The notes under the pieces were generated by a model. The model did no database searches, was not told the DNA's origin, and saw only the letters and a list, made by a program, of their open reading frames with translations. Shown piece after piece: positions 1 to 13,030 of a stretch of DNA of 64,000 nucleotides (position 1 is its first letter; the number at the start of each line of letters is the position of its first letter). Made by a program: the position numbers and the translations under genes. Origin of the DNA: the human T2T-CHM13v2.0 reference genome, Homo sapiens; assembly GCF_009914755.1 (NCBI RefSeq), contig NC_060928.1, one strand, 5' to 3'.

Positions 1-1065
1 GCCATGAACTGGTACTAATCTGTGGCCTGTTAAGAACTGGGCAGCACAGCAGGATATGAGTGGCAGGCCAGGAAGCAAGTGAAGCTTCATCTGTATTTAT
101 AGCCACTCTCCATGGCTCACATTACCGCCTGAGCTCTGCCTCCTGTCAGATCATCAGTGGCATTAGATTCTCATAGGAACGCAAGCCCTCATGTGAACTG
201 TGCATGCAAGGGATCTAGTTTGGGTGCTTCTTATGAGAATCTAAGGCCTGATGATCTGAGGTGGAGCTGAAGTGGTGATGCTATAGTGCTGGGGAGCAGC
301 TGCAAATACAGACTAACATTAGCTGAGAGGTGTGTCTTCACAGAGACCAAAATAAATCAATTGCCTGCAGACTCATATCAAAACCCTATCGGTGAGTGGC
401 AAGTGATAATTAAGCTGCCTCTGATGTCAGGCTTTATAGTGGCAAGTGAGTTGATGTACTTCAATTGTACAGCTGCATCTGATGGCAGGTTTTAAGTCAG
501 AATCCGACACTTATTTTAGTCTGTGTATGGCCTGCCTATTATTTTATTTACCACTTTCGTCCACGCCTCTTTCCCGAACTGTGCACTTGTCTCAGTCACA
601 GTTTTGGTAAGCCCGCAAGCTAACCCTAGCCAAAACGAATAAAAAACAGCCATAGAGAAATTCTTTGAAAAGGGAGAAAGACCCAATGATGAGAAAGCAG
701 AAGACACTAAAACTGCCAACAAAAAGAAAGCTGCATTTAAAAGAAATACGAAGAGTCCTACTTAAATTATGAGTTCATTGCAACAGGTGATTCACATTCT
801 CCAAGCTCGCTTTGTATAATATGTGGCAACCGGCTATTCAACGAAGCTATGAAACCATCAAAACTGCTTTGCTACATGGAGAGCAAGCACCCTGCGTTAA
901 AAGACAAGGCTTTGGAGTTTTTCAAAAGAAAAAGACAATAAATGTTTTTATCACAGAAAATGTAATGCACTTGAATCATCCCAAAACCATCCCTCCACCC
1001 CAGTCTGGTGAAAAATTGTCTTCCATGAAACAAGTCCCTAGTACCCAAAAGGTTAGGGACCGCTG
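1..1065 (+). mobile_element. hAT-Charlie DNA transposon, Charlie3/MER1-type internal-deletion derivative; 5' end lies outside the window
   Basis: MER1-type 5' sequence (gcctgttaagaactgggcagcacagcagg...cattagattctcatagga) and 3' terminus (gaaaaattgtcttccatgaaac...aaaaggttagggaccgctg, ending at 1065), with a transposase N-terminal remnant in between. Confidence 0.85.
635..941 (+). pseudogene. Frameshifted N-terminal fragment of the Charlie/Buster transposase (BED zinc finger)
   Basis: Manual translation across frameshifts gives EKFFEKGERPNDEKAEDTKTANKKKAAFKR / YEESYLNYEFIATGDSHSPSSLCIICGNRLFNEAMKPSKLLCYMESKHPALKDKALEFFKRK. This has the CxxC and MKPSKL...KH pattern of ZBED5/Buster-like proteins. 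The start codon has decayed to ACG. Confidence 0.8.
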
Positions 1066-2805
1066 ATATAAAGTATTAATTTTATTTTTCAATATAAAAA
1101 TCTTATATATTTTTATAGTCCTCATCAGTAATCATGTACCTATATCCTAATGGACAACATCAAAAAGATCAAGGAGAAACAATGTAGTAAACATGTCCTA
1201 TGGTCTTTGTTGAATATTGAACACATTTCATGTGCTTCCTCCCATTCTCTCAGGGCCATAATTTCTCAAACCTTTAGCCACATACCTGCCTGGGCTGCCA
1301 CTGAGCACGGCTTAGCTTCATGTGATTTTGCTACCCAGGTAGTACTAGATATTTGCCTAGTCAGGCTGGGTTCTCTTCCTTCCTATCTCTACAAATCAGA
1401 ATAGTACACCACATGATCTTACTTTGTGCTTCTTCCATCACTTCCCAACTGCATAAGGCACCCATCATAAACCATGTCATCTGACTTCCTGGGTAACTAA
1501 AGAGGGAACAGAGCACAGATAATATAAATGAAATGGAATTTTTTTTCCTGTTGGGGAAATATTGACTACCGGGAAAGAAATCTAGAGACAATTGGACAAA
1601 TGAATTTGCTGGGTTTTTTTCTCCCTCTAATTGGCTATCCAATGTTGTGAAGATATGCCCAATGTTACAGAGTGGGTAACCAGTTGAACGACTCGCTGTG
1701 TCTTCTTGCAACTGCTGGTGAGTCTGGTAAAATAAGTTTGCAGTGCTTTCCATCATTTTCTGCTCTATTTCAATTTTCCCTCATTCTAGTTGCCCTAGGA
1801 TTGTACCTTCTCAATAGAAGACTACCAATACTCCGTGTCTCAGATTTTGTCTTCTAAGGATTCAGGTTTAAAATAGGATGTATATAAACAAGAATTTGTA
1901 CATGTACTCTTATTCTTTTGTGCATAGCTTGCACTGAGATAGTAAGAAATCTCAATAGCTGTCAGCTAAGAAAAGTAAAGCTAGTAACGTGTTTATATTA
2001 AGTAACCAATTTAGAGAGATATTTCATTCCAAATATATTTGGAATAGGTTCAAAGGATAGGAAACCCAGTGATCTCTGATCCTGTGAGCCATATGTTAGT
2101 GTCCCAGACAGGGTCTGAGAACGTGAGTCACATGCACATCTCACTTTCCTCTTGCCCTTTTCTGTATGAGTCCTTGAGAACCTCTGACTTAAAGGCTTTG
2201 AGAAAAAGCATGAAGACAAGGCATAATCAAATACAGAAAAGCAGACATTTGCTGCAATTGATGCCTGACAAAGCCGTAAACTGTACATGAGCATTGGAGA
2301 CATATGCTTGACACAGTAGGGGTAAATAGGTCTGCTAGTACAGATCCCATGAGGCAAGAGATCCTGTGGAGTCTTTTGAAAGTTCAATATAGAGAGGGAG
2401 TGTCGCTGTGTCCAAATATGTGCACTGGTTGCTTTTTATTTTTTAAATAGAAAACCCATCGTCTCTGCAAGAGTAGCTTGTTTATCAATATTGGCACCCT
2501 GAAGGTGCCTTAATCTGCTTGAAAATGACATTGAATTTGATGCTATGTTATGCTTCAAAAGAGAATCTCTGTACACAGAGAAGGGTTGCACCCAGCAATC
2601 CCAGCTTCATGTAGCAGAAAGAATTTAACTAAAGTGGTGGCATGCAGCTGTGCCTAGCTGGCAGATTGCACACTGTCATTTACATGGAGTGTACCAGGAA
2701 GAGAGAAGAAACAGAAGTGTATCTCCTGATGTTAATAAAGTCTTCCAAATCAGTGATCAATAAGATTTCAAGATACTCACCATTTTTCAAAGTTAAAAAA
2801 ATGAA

Positions 2806-2855
2806 AATAAACTCTTCTGTACAATAACTTCTATACAATAAACTCTTCTATACAA
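2806..2855. repeat. Short degenerate tandem triplication of aataaactcttctatac-like units
   Basis: aataaactcttctgtac aataacttctatac aataaactcttctatac. Confidence 0.7.
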
Positions 2856-3311
2856 AACTAAAACAAATATTTTGGTATAATGTTTCTATTATAACACTAG
2901 CATGCTGTTAAAATATATTTGAAATGGTAATAAGATTTTAAAAAATCATTTATGTATTTTTACAACTACTGGTATTATTTGAAATCTAAAACCAGGTAGG
3001 TAGGTGAGAGAAAGTGACTAGCTGTATAACAGACATCACAGTGCCCAATAAATATTTATGTGCTGTTTTTAAAAAAGATCATTTACTTAATCTGTCATAA
3101 GATGCAGAAAATGTATATCAAGTCCATGGTTATTACTTCTCTGACACAGATTTTCCTGGAGATCATAATTGTGGAATTTTTTATTTTCACCTCTAAGTGA
3201 AAACACAAAATATACTGCAAATAACTTTTGTCATCCTGCAAAAAACATACTGTAGGTACCATAATTGAACAAAAAATCTTTAGAACTCAAATAAAAGTTT
3301 ATGGTTTAATA

Positions 3312-3610
3312 GTCCAGGTGTGGCAGCTCATGCCTGTAATCCCAGCACTTTGGGCAGCAGAGCCAGGAGAGTTGCTTGAGCCCAAGAGGTCAAGACTAGC
3401 CTGGGCAACATAGTGAGATTCCATCTCTAAAAAAAATTTTTAAAAATAGCCAAACGAGCACTGTGGCATGCACCTGTAGTTACAGCTACTCAGGAGGCTA
3501 AGGTGGGATGATTGCTGGAATCCAAGAGGTCAAAGCTGCAGTGATCATGACACTGCATCCCAGCCTGGGCAAGAGAGCAAGACCGTGTCTCAAAAAAAAA
3601 AAAAAAAAAA
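3312..3610 (+). mobile_element. Alu SINE, AluJ-like
   Basis: Dimeric Alu with gcctgtaatcccagcactttgg, the J-type ttgcttgagcccaagagg...gcctgggcaacatagtgaga, an A-rich linker and a poly(A) tail. Confidence 0.93.
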
Positions 3611-4139
3611 GGGCTGTAGTTAAAAAGAAAAAAGATAAAACCTGTTACACGCTTTCATGGAGATTGTATGAGGCTTAAAGATTTTGAAAAATAAAATAAA
3701 CACTTCATTAGATTAAATACAATATTTACAAATAAACTTCTACACATTCTTCAAGTTTTATTTTACACTAGCTGTTTCAGAATAAATAAAACAATTAATT
3801 AGCACAGCATATAAGGTCCATCAGAACCAGTCTCAAGATTATATTCTATTTTCAGCTCTCTCAACAGTGTACCCAATTCTTTAGCCAAATCATTGATTCC
3901 CAAATTCAAAGCATTTTATTCATTTTTGCATTTCTTGATGGTATTCCTTGCACCTGCTATTCCTTCTTCTATCCTCCTTCCCTCCTCTACCCACTCCCCT
4001 TTTTTTTTTCATACAACAAATATCTACTCATTTTTAAAGGTGACATCTTTTTTATAACTTCCTGAGATCATTTTCCTCCCAGTTCTCCTACTAGGCAGAA
4101 TAAATTATTTCTGCACATGTATCTTATTTAAATTTTAAT

Positions 4140-4311
4140 TATTCCTCTATATTAGCCCTTGTCATGTTGTATAGTTGTTATTTGTTATTGTGTTATTTTT
4201 AATGAGCTCCTTGTGGAAAACAATTGAATCTTGATCATCTTGCAATACCCTGCACCTAGTACCAGGCTTAGTACTTGTTTACAAGGCAATAAAAAATGTT
4301 AGCTTGATGAA
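4140..4311 (+). mobile_element. L2 LINE 3' end fragment
   Basis: gagctccttg...cacctagtaccaggcttagtac...caataaaaaatgttagcttgatgaa resembles the L2 3' terminus. Confidence 0.55.
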
Positions 4312-4324
4312 GACAAACTTTAAA

Positions 4325-4506
4325 ATTTTTTATTATTACTTATTTTTGGGTTTTATTGTGGAAAGAACATTTAATATGAGATCTACCCTCTTAGATTTTT
4401 AAGTGTACAACACAATATTGTACTCTTATCTATAGTTTATATATCTACATGTTTATTTATATGTTGTACAGCAGATCTCTAGAACTTATTCACTTTTCAT
4501 AACTGA
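4325..4506 (-). mobile_element. Old L1 3' end fragment (L1MA8/9 or L1MB-like)
   Basis: aagaacatttaatatgagatctaccctctta...aagtgtacaacacaatattg...tgttgtacagcagatctctagaacttattca is the reverse complement of an L1MA/MB 3' UTR. Confidence 0.75.
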
Positions 4507-5344
4507 TGGATTAATTGAACATACAATTCTAGGGTTTCAATATTTTTCTTTCAAAATTCTAGTAATAACTTTTACTGAAAACCAGAAGAAATTATAGGCC
4601 AAACATTGCTCTTGCCATGTTCAACCAATATCATTTTCATTTTAAAATTGTTGCTTTTCACCTCAAATGCTTTATTTAGGTTGTTAATTTGGCCATCATT
4701 TTCTCTAATATGCTTCTCTGTCCATTGATTGCTTCTGTGAATTTCTCATTAAATTATTCCAGTCACATTCCTCAACCATAGTTTTCTGTAAGCAACTTAT
4801 AAATTTTTCATTACTATATGTATCTCCACACACAATAAATGCCCTGTAAAAATATGATTTTTGAGGGTTCAGGACTATGTATAAGTTTCCTTTCTGCATA
4901 AAGAAATATTCAAGTTAGTACTCTGCATATAATTACCTTTCAAAACAAAATTCTGCAACAAACAATAGACGAATGAACAATGGTTTGCCAATCATTTACC
5001 TTTAATATTACTAGTTTTATAAAAACTAAAATAAATTCATTATAAATGCATTTTTCTCATTTATAACATCATGCATCCCTTAATAAAATATAATTGGTTA
5101 TGCTGAGTAATTATATTTTCTATTGTTGAATTGATGTTGAAACACAATAGTTAATCAAGACACTTTTTAAATTTAATTACTTGATGTACCAATCAAAATC
5201 CTTGTCTAATTTCCATGTTGAAATTATTTATTTATTAGAGCTCTGGAAGCCTTAGATGGTACCTTTTCCTATTGCTGGTATCTGGCTTGCATTCTGAACT
5301 GAAAAAATACATAAATTTTGTATTGGAAAAATGGATTATTTTAT

Positions 5345-5540
5345 AATGATATGAGAAGCAGGCCTTTGTAATCAAGCACATCTTGATTTCACATTTATTA
5401 CTTAGTAGTGTGTAACAAAGGATGTCAATCTCATACTTCTTTTCTGTAAAATGGAATATAGCATCCTCATAGGGTTGTTAGAATTCCATGTGAAAATGTA
5501 AGTAAGTAAATGGATTGGTATGGTGGTTGGCATAAAACAT
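5345..5540 (+). mobile_element. MIR SINE
   Basis: Core tttctgtaaaatggaatatagcatcctcatagggttgttagaatt. Confidence 0.7.
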
Positions 5541-8179
5541 GTTTTTACCTAGTAACAAAGTGAAAATTTTATAATCAAATTAACTTTTTATTTGTAAAAT
5601 CACATTTAATTGAAAATTAAATAAGAATAGTCACAGAAAACTAGAAATTCCCTCTATTTGTTAAAAAAAAAAAAGGTCCTATGTGTTTAATCATTGTGTG
5701 AGGAAATTTGACATAAACAAGTAGTTTTATCTGTCTACTTGGTGCAACCCTTCAGGGCAGCTTAAGATATATTACAGGAATGATATTGGGAATCTAAGTT
5801 ACTTCAGGATAGCTCAAAAAGGAAGGCTGAAGAGCTTCACAAATTTGGTTAAATCTAATTATATTTCTCTGTTTTACTAAATAAATATTGCTTCCCTGAT
5901 CCTTTGTCTTCCTCCCCCATACTTAGGGGTGTTTCCAATGATTTGGCAATTTGATAGTAATAGTGAGAACAATATATAATCAAAACTTGATTTCATGCCT
6001 GATTTGATTACAAGGTACTGATTAAACTAATGCTAGCAAATTCCATTTAATTCAGTGATTAGGAGAGGGGCGTTTTCCCATACACCTTTTGAAAGACCAA
6101 TCAATATAGGTAAGATTCCCTGTCCTTTATGATGGGAAGCCTGAATCAGGCTTTAAATAATGTATTCAGTTCATTTCTATGTAAATTTAGCAACAGGATT
6201 TTAGGTTTTTCTGAGAAAACTGAGACTGTATGTCCCCGGGTAAATGAAAGCAAAGCCATCTCCTTTCTCCTGGGTTTAATGACATTTATTACTTCAGAGT
6301 CTTGACAAGTCCCATTATTACATTTCACTTTTTGAGTAGTGGCAGTATGCTAAGCCTGGCACCTGACATAGCATTAGATATCTTGCCCAGTAGGTTTACA
6401 CGTTAAACCAAATCATTTTCATTGGAACACTGGCCTCATGTGTTACTACTAGCACTAAAATAAATCATTTTATTCTATCCATTATGGTAAGTGATACATC
6501 TGATACGCTTATTAAGTTAAAATGTTCTCTCAAATTCTCATGTTAAATTATTTTTGTCACCACTCACTATGATGGTAACTCTCTCAGGAATCATTACCTA
6601 TAAGGATAAATTCCTGACTTTGTTTCCTTGTTCTTGGTTTCCTTCACAGTTTGGCCAAAGGCTGCTTTTCCAACCTCATCACCTACTACTTTTGTACACA
6701 AATCATCCATGGCAACTAGGCTGCCCTACTCATAGTTCAAAGGTCTGCTAGGGACAGCGTCACCTGCACAATATGTCTCCCTCCAACCAGAAGGCTTCGA
6801 CTCCTCTTTGTTTCATCAAACTCTACCCTTTTTTCCATGAAAAGATTCAACTCATTCTCTTTCATGAAGTTACCCTTCTACTTCTTATATATACCCTTCC
6901 TTTCCACGATATGTTCTACTGATGATAACCGTTTTGTTCTCGTCTTTACTGTGCTGTTACTTAACAGTTATCATTACGCAAATTTCTCAGGTGGGTGTTC
7001 CTTGGAATTCTAATTTGTTTTTAATTCTGTCTGAGGACATAAACCACTTTCTTATAGTTTTTTATGTTCATCCAAAATTTAGCATCGAATGCAGAGAGAA
7101 CAGTGTTCACGTTCTGAAAATGTCTTAATACTTGCATATCATATTTTGACTGGTAGCAGAGGAGTGGTAATACATCTTTACCAAAAACACCCTTAATGAA
7201 TCAGCTCTAGGTTCTTGACTCACATATTTGTGGTCACCCTTCTTATTTATTTGAATCCCCTGAAGTAATAACATGACTTAGACAATAATTGCTTCCAGCT
7301 ACCTTTTCTGTAATTGTTGAAGAACATTCCCAGGCAAAGTGATATTTCTTAAATGCCTAACATATACAGAGACTTATATAAATCTTTAATTTCCAATTTA
7401 ATTTTCGTTCTATGTGTGCTAATATCCCTTGAATTTTCTTGAACCACTGTAAAGTTCATTTTTTGTATGTATCAAACATGCTATTATGCTATCACTTGCA
7501 CACTTTTTTTCAGCATTACAGTGCAGATGTTTTAAATGAAGTAGAAGCTATTGATTAAAGTAAAGGCACAGTTGAATAAATCATGGAGACTACATACCCT
7601 CCTCAATTTTTGACAACTCAATTTAGTGCTTATTGTCTGACAGATAGTGGTATGGTGCAAGAAAATTCTTGACCATGAATATACAGAACAGCTTCATTTA
7701 CTAGCTTTCATTGGCTGAAAGCATAAGACAGAATAAAATGTATATTAATAGCACAAACTAATAGGTTGGCACATATGGAATATGTGTATATATGTACATG
7801 TATATATTTTACAAATGTGTGTTTGTACTACACATACATATTAAGTATTTAAGAGAAAAAAGCATGAAAATAGGTTTCCCAGGATACTGCAAAAATATGA
7901 GATGCTTATACTCAAAATTAAAGCAACAACATATACAGGTGAATGTGTTTGGATAATTGCCTGGCTTATATAAAACAGATGATTCGCCACTTCAATCATT
8001 CTCATGAGTATTCAGCATAATTCTGATAATATTTTTTAAAAATTTGCGATAGTTTAGTAACCAAGTATTCAAAATTTCACTCCTGGGCATTAGATGTCCA
8101 TAATACTGGGGAAGAGAGGCATGGCATGTTATAAACATAAAATAATATTGACACCTAAACCCACATCTCAAATATACCA

Positions 8180-8587
8180 CTTTGATGGCTTATTGATGTG
8201 TGAACTTTGCAAGGCTACAGCCCTCAGTTACTCAATCAAATACAAGTCTAGGTGTTGCTCTGAAGGGAATCCACAGATGTAATTAAAGTACACAACCAGT
8301 TGACTTTGAGTAAAAGAGATATTCCAGGTAATCTGGACAGGCCTAATTTAATCAGGTTCTGAAATGCCTTAAGAGCAGAGCTGAAATTTTTCTAATGAAG
8401 AAGAAATTTTACCTGTTGACAGTAGCTTCAGTCATGACCAGAAAGGTTTTAGCCTGCCTTTCTTCTTGACCTTCCCTGTGAATTTTGTACTTGATCAGCC
8501 AAGCCCTCATAATCATACAAGCCAATTATTTGCAATAAATATCTTAATATATAACTCCTGTAGTTGAACATTGCTTGACTGGTAACA
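8180..8587 (+). mobile_element. MLT2-family (ERVL) solo LTR
   Basis: tcaaatacaagtctaggtgttgctctgaagg, cagttgactttgagtaaaagagat, gccttaagagcagagctga and aagccaattatttgcaataaat are MLT2 hallmarks; ends ...gactggtaaca. Confidence 0.75.
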
Positions 8588-9117
8588 ACTATGCACACTG
8601 ACTGCATGTGTACAAATATTTATAACACATACACAGATACACACTAAAATGTATTAATAGAGTGTAAATATAATCTATCTCTCCTAATAGGGTGATACTT
8701 TAAAGAGCAAAAATGAGGACAATTCTTGGTTACACCGGAATACAAGAGTAAACTAGGACTACTCAAGATAGGCTGGATATATATAATTTTTTAAAAAACA
8801 GACAAAACATTAATGAGATCAAAGGAGGGCTTCAGATAGTTCTTTATTCTTCTAAGTTGAAAGCAAAAAGGTGTGTGTGGAGGGTGGGGGTTTTTGTGTT
8901 TCGGCATATATGTTCATTATTTTTGAGTTTCCCAAAATGTTTATGGCTCTAAAAGGTTAAGAATCACTAAGTTTTCTTCTCTCATCTTCTGCAAATGCCT
9001 GTACTACATTATCTTACAGTGGGCTCAGTTTTTATCATTTTCTCTATTTTGTGACATGACTATTATATATACCCTAAAGATTTCATGTCTTTTTTTTGTA
9101 CTCTAATTCCAAAAGGG

Positions 9118-9250
9118 TCATTCATTCACTGCCAAACATTTAATTAGCACCTATATTGTAACACATACTCTTCTATACCTTGGCATATGAAGGTAAATAA
9201 GGTTAATTCAGTAATCACAGAACTCACTAGCTAGTAAAAATGTAGACAAA
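9118..9250 (-). mobile_element. L2 3' end fragment
   Basis: tcattcattcactgccaaacatttaattagcacctatattgt. Confidence 0.55.
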
Positions 9251-12199
9251 GAAACAAAAAGAAAAAAAAAAAAAGCATGTTGCGTTTCTCCTAATCCTCT
9301 GATGTTCCACACACTTATTATAGTATGAATAAAACCATTAGCAATAGTGAGAACGTTCATCAATTTTGACCTTCAAAGTGGACTATATTATTTGTTACAT
9401 GATATTAAGGTCCATTCTGTCAACAACAACTTTTCTTTCTGATCTTTATAACTGTACTGCTCATTTGCTACATATCAATCTTTATCTGTCCTGGCTTAAA
9501 CTACCCATGATATTTGTCATATACAAGGAATTCCACATTCGATTATGACAACATATTTTCATAAATCCATTTTTCTATTGGTCTGCTCTCTCAGCATGTT
9601 GAGTGAAGGAAGTGGGTATTTATCTTACCTCTAAATTTTCCTAGAGAAAACTATCAGGTATATCACAACTCTCCACACACTGCCCTCACCTATTGCCATT
9701 TCCAGAATTACACATACATTTCTCTGTGGTAGCTTCAGTTTTCCAATTGCAGTCACCTCTGCATTTGTAGGAGGTGGTATCCAAAGTGATCTGTAAGCAT
9801 GTTTTAATCCTTTAGCTCACCTCAACTTTGACTTTCACCAAATTACATTGGTTATAATTTTCAATTCTTTTTCTGATCTAAGAACAGATACAAGTCTTCT
9901 GTCCTGTCCTTGACTCTTGAATACATATCTGATTCACACACTAGTGATATAAGAAAGAGGGGTAGTTCTACTAAATAAAGACACAGAGTTCCACTAATCA
10001 CTGCTTGCATTTTGTATATTATACTACGTTGCTATACCAAGGTGTCTTCATTTTAAGCCAATTACATACTAATTTTAGACTGCATGGTAATTCAGCATTG
10101 CCATGTTTCTGCGACTTTACCATTACTGTGGGACGCCTACACCCTAAGTCCATTTGATTCTGTTCCTGAAGAGTAGAGATATAAATTTTTGGTTTGACCT
10201 CTCAGGTATTTTAACAATTCTAAAAAGAGATCCTTGAAACCAAAGATCAAACTGTTATTAAATGAAACTTGAAATCTAAAGGATATGTGAAGCCTAAAAA
10301 TATGAAATTTTGTAAGGAACAACCATCAATGGAATGGGACCATTTTGTGATTTCTACTGCTAAGATTAAAATAGCATTCTTCATAATTTTAAGAGAATTG
10401 GAGTCAAATACAGTGAAAGTATGTAAAGCAATGTGCATGCAAATTTCCAGGGAGACAATTTGATCTTAGAAATATTTTGATGGACTTCAAATTTAAAAAT
10501 TCAATGCACACCTGTGATATTATGAAGATCAGTTCATATTTTAGAACCACAGTCTTTAAATTTCTTAAGAAAAGATGAGGTTCAAATCAACTTTGTGATT
10601 ATCATCCACTACTTTGTAAACCTTGGATCTATCCTCAGCATAATGTAAGCCATTGTATATGAAAATTATAGCAGCTTAAAATTAGAAGCCATGTGTAGGT
10701 AAGAGTGCTTTAAATGTTTTAAACAAGTTTGTTCTACTAGCCAACATGAATTATCAAAATTAATGAGAGCTATGCAGTTTATCCAAGGTATCATAATCTT
10801 TTAGTGTGTCATTCCTGAGAGTAGACATTGCATACATTTTTTGCAATCTCTTGTATTAAACAAAATAGAACAGATTGAATTTTCATAGCAAACTCTTTCA
10901 GAAAATTTAGTTTTTTTGGTAAAGAAACTTTTTTTTTGCTTTTTCATCGTTTTTTTTTCTTAAACATAAAAGCATTCATTTTTTAAAAATAAGAACACAA
11001 TAGAAAATTTCTGGAAGAAATCCTAAACAGGAATCTGAGCTTTCTTTAGAAGACTACAGTTTATAGAAGGAAAATATATACTTGAGAACCAAACTAAAAC
11101 CACAACAGAATCTATTCAAACCAAAAGAAAAATTTAAAAATGCACATATTATACAAATCTTTCACTTTCCAAAATCCTTAAAAATGATTTTTCAATATTA
11201 TATTTCCATAGTTCATAAACTATCTTTCCTGTATGAAAATACAACATTCTTATTTTTGCTTTACTCTTTGTTGTTTTTCTTTCTCACTGGTTTCTCCATC
11301 TTGCTCTGAAAGAATGCCCTCTGCAAAGTGCAAGACATGGCCATCAATTCTTTAAACTCTATATTTTGACCCTGAATAAAACTATTCTCAAAATTCTCAA
11401 GTATTGACTTCTATCTCCTACTTTAGACAAACCTTCAAAATAAATAATTCCTAATAATTCTTTACAGCCTAATATCAATTTCTTCTCCTGTCTAAAATGT
11501 ACTTTCTCCTTTTCACCTATCTTATGGACAGAATTAAAATAATACTTAATATGATGCCTCACAGTTAGTATTTAGAAAATGTAGAATTAAATGGATCACA
11601 ATTTTTGCTGCTGCATATACTGAAAATTCTGTTATTTTTGATGCTGTATTCTTTCCCTGCAGTAAGTGTCTTTAGCTTCTTCCAGTTTTTTTTTTTCTTG
11701 AGGCCTTCCTTTCATATTTATGGCATGAACTAATTATTTTAAATAACAATGAAGAAAACACTTTATTCATGTTATGTTTCTTCCCATCAATAGAGATTAT
11801 AAACATCATATTAATCTTCTTAACCACAAATTTTGTTAAAATATTTTTATTCTGAAAAATTTTCAATGGTCACATAATACATCCTATTGGTTTTTCGCCT
11901 AGTAATCTAAATATTATACTCTTTGAATAGCGTGTTGGCTTTTCCATCTGCACCTGCTTTTGTTTGTAAGTGTCATAATCCCAACAAAGTTGATATTTCC
12001 ACTACACTTTAAATATTTTATAGAGATTTCTATTTTGGGCAGGTATTTTGTGCTACCTATTGCTCCAAATCTTAATAACCTCTTTCCCATCTCTTCACAT
12101 ATTCAAATCTTACTAATGTTTAAAAACTCAACACACGTATTACCTATTTCAGGAGGATTTTCCTGAACATGCTAGCCCATGGTATTGCCTCCACTTAAC

Positions 12200-12470
12200 T
12201 GAGGCATTAAAACATAGTAGACTTTGGAAACAAACAAAACTGCTTTTCAAATTTGCATTCTGTTACTAATTTGCAATCTTAGACAAATTTCTTAATTTTT
12301 CTATTTTTAAACTACTTAGCCATTAAAATGGGATAAGTAACTCATGATTTTACAAAGACTGGTTTAAAAATATACATATGTTTGTGTGTGTGCATGTGTA
12401 TGTATACACACAGTCCCCTGTTTAAACATAGGAAGTGTTAAATAAATTGCACCTACAATTGTTATCACAA
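12200..12470 (+). mobile_element. MIR SINE (degenerate)
   Basis: agactttggaaacaaac...aatcttagacaaatttcttaa...taaaatgggataagtaactca. Confidence 0.55.
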
Positions 12471-12819
12471 AAGCACTTTTAATGTTTTCCATTCATTTAA
12501 CTATCAATCACATATTGGGCGAGTATACTCCACATTTATGGATGCTGTCCCCATTCTCTCTACTTTTGACCTTTATGTATGAGTTCAGTATTTTACCTAC
12601 ATTCAGCACCTCACAACACCAAATAGAGAAGTCACTTAATAGATGGGATAAAATTCCATCAATCTCTGGCTTGTATAATAAAATTTTATACATGGTAACA
12701 CATTCTGAGAATGCACATAACTAAAATCGCAGACTCAGGAGAATTCAAAAATAGTGTTTCTAAATATTGATAACAAGAACATCCCAAGAATAATTCCTGG
12801 TCATAATATTGGCCTTATG

Positions 12820-13030
12820 TAGGATAAAGGCTTTGGATTAGAGTTAGTATAAAGCTCTTATTCACTGAATATTAGTTCAGTGATTTTTGGTCAAGTGACA
12901 TAAATTCTGTAAGAATTCATTTACTCCTCTACAAAATAAAAATAACACCATTATCACACATAACTGAAAATCAATGAAAATAATACACATGAAAGTACTT
13001 TATTAAGCTACTCTCTACATAAAAATGTTG
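12820..13030 (+). mobile_element. MIR SINE (degenerate)
   Basis: ggctttggattagag...ttggtcaagtgacataaattctgtaagaattcatttactcctctacaaaataaaaataacacc. Confidence 0.6.

Noticed and set aside
1361-2387. 129-131 aa minus-strand ORFs
   Set aside because: No recognisable homology, codon bias or splice structure; the lengths are compatible with chance.
11648-11668. ttctttccctgcagtaagt as a recursive splice site
   Set aside because: Recursive sites need AG|GT; here the G is shared (cAGtaagt), so no donor is regenerated.
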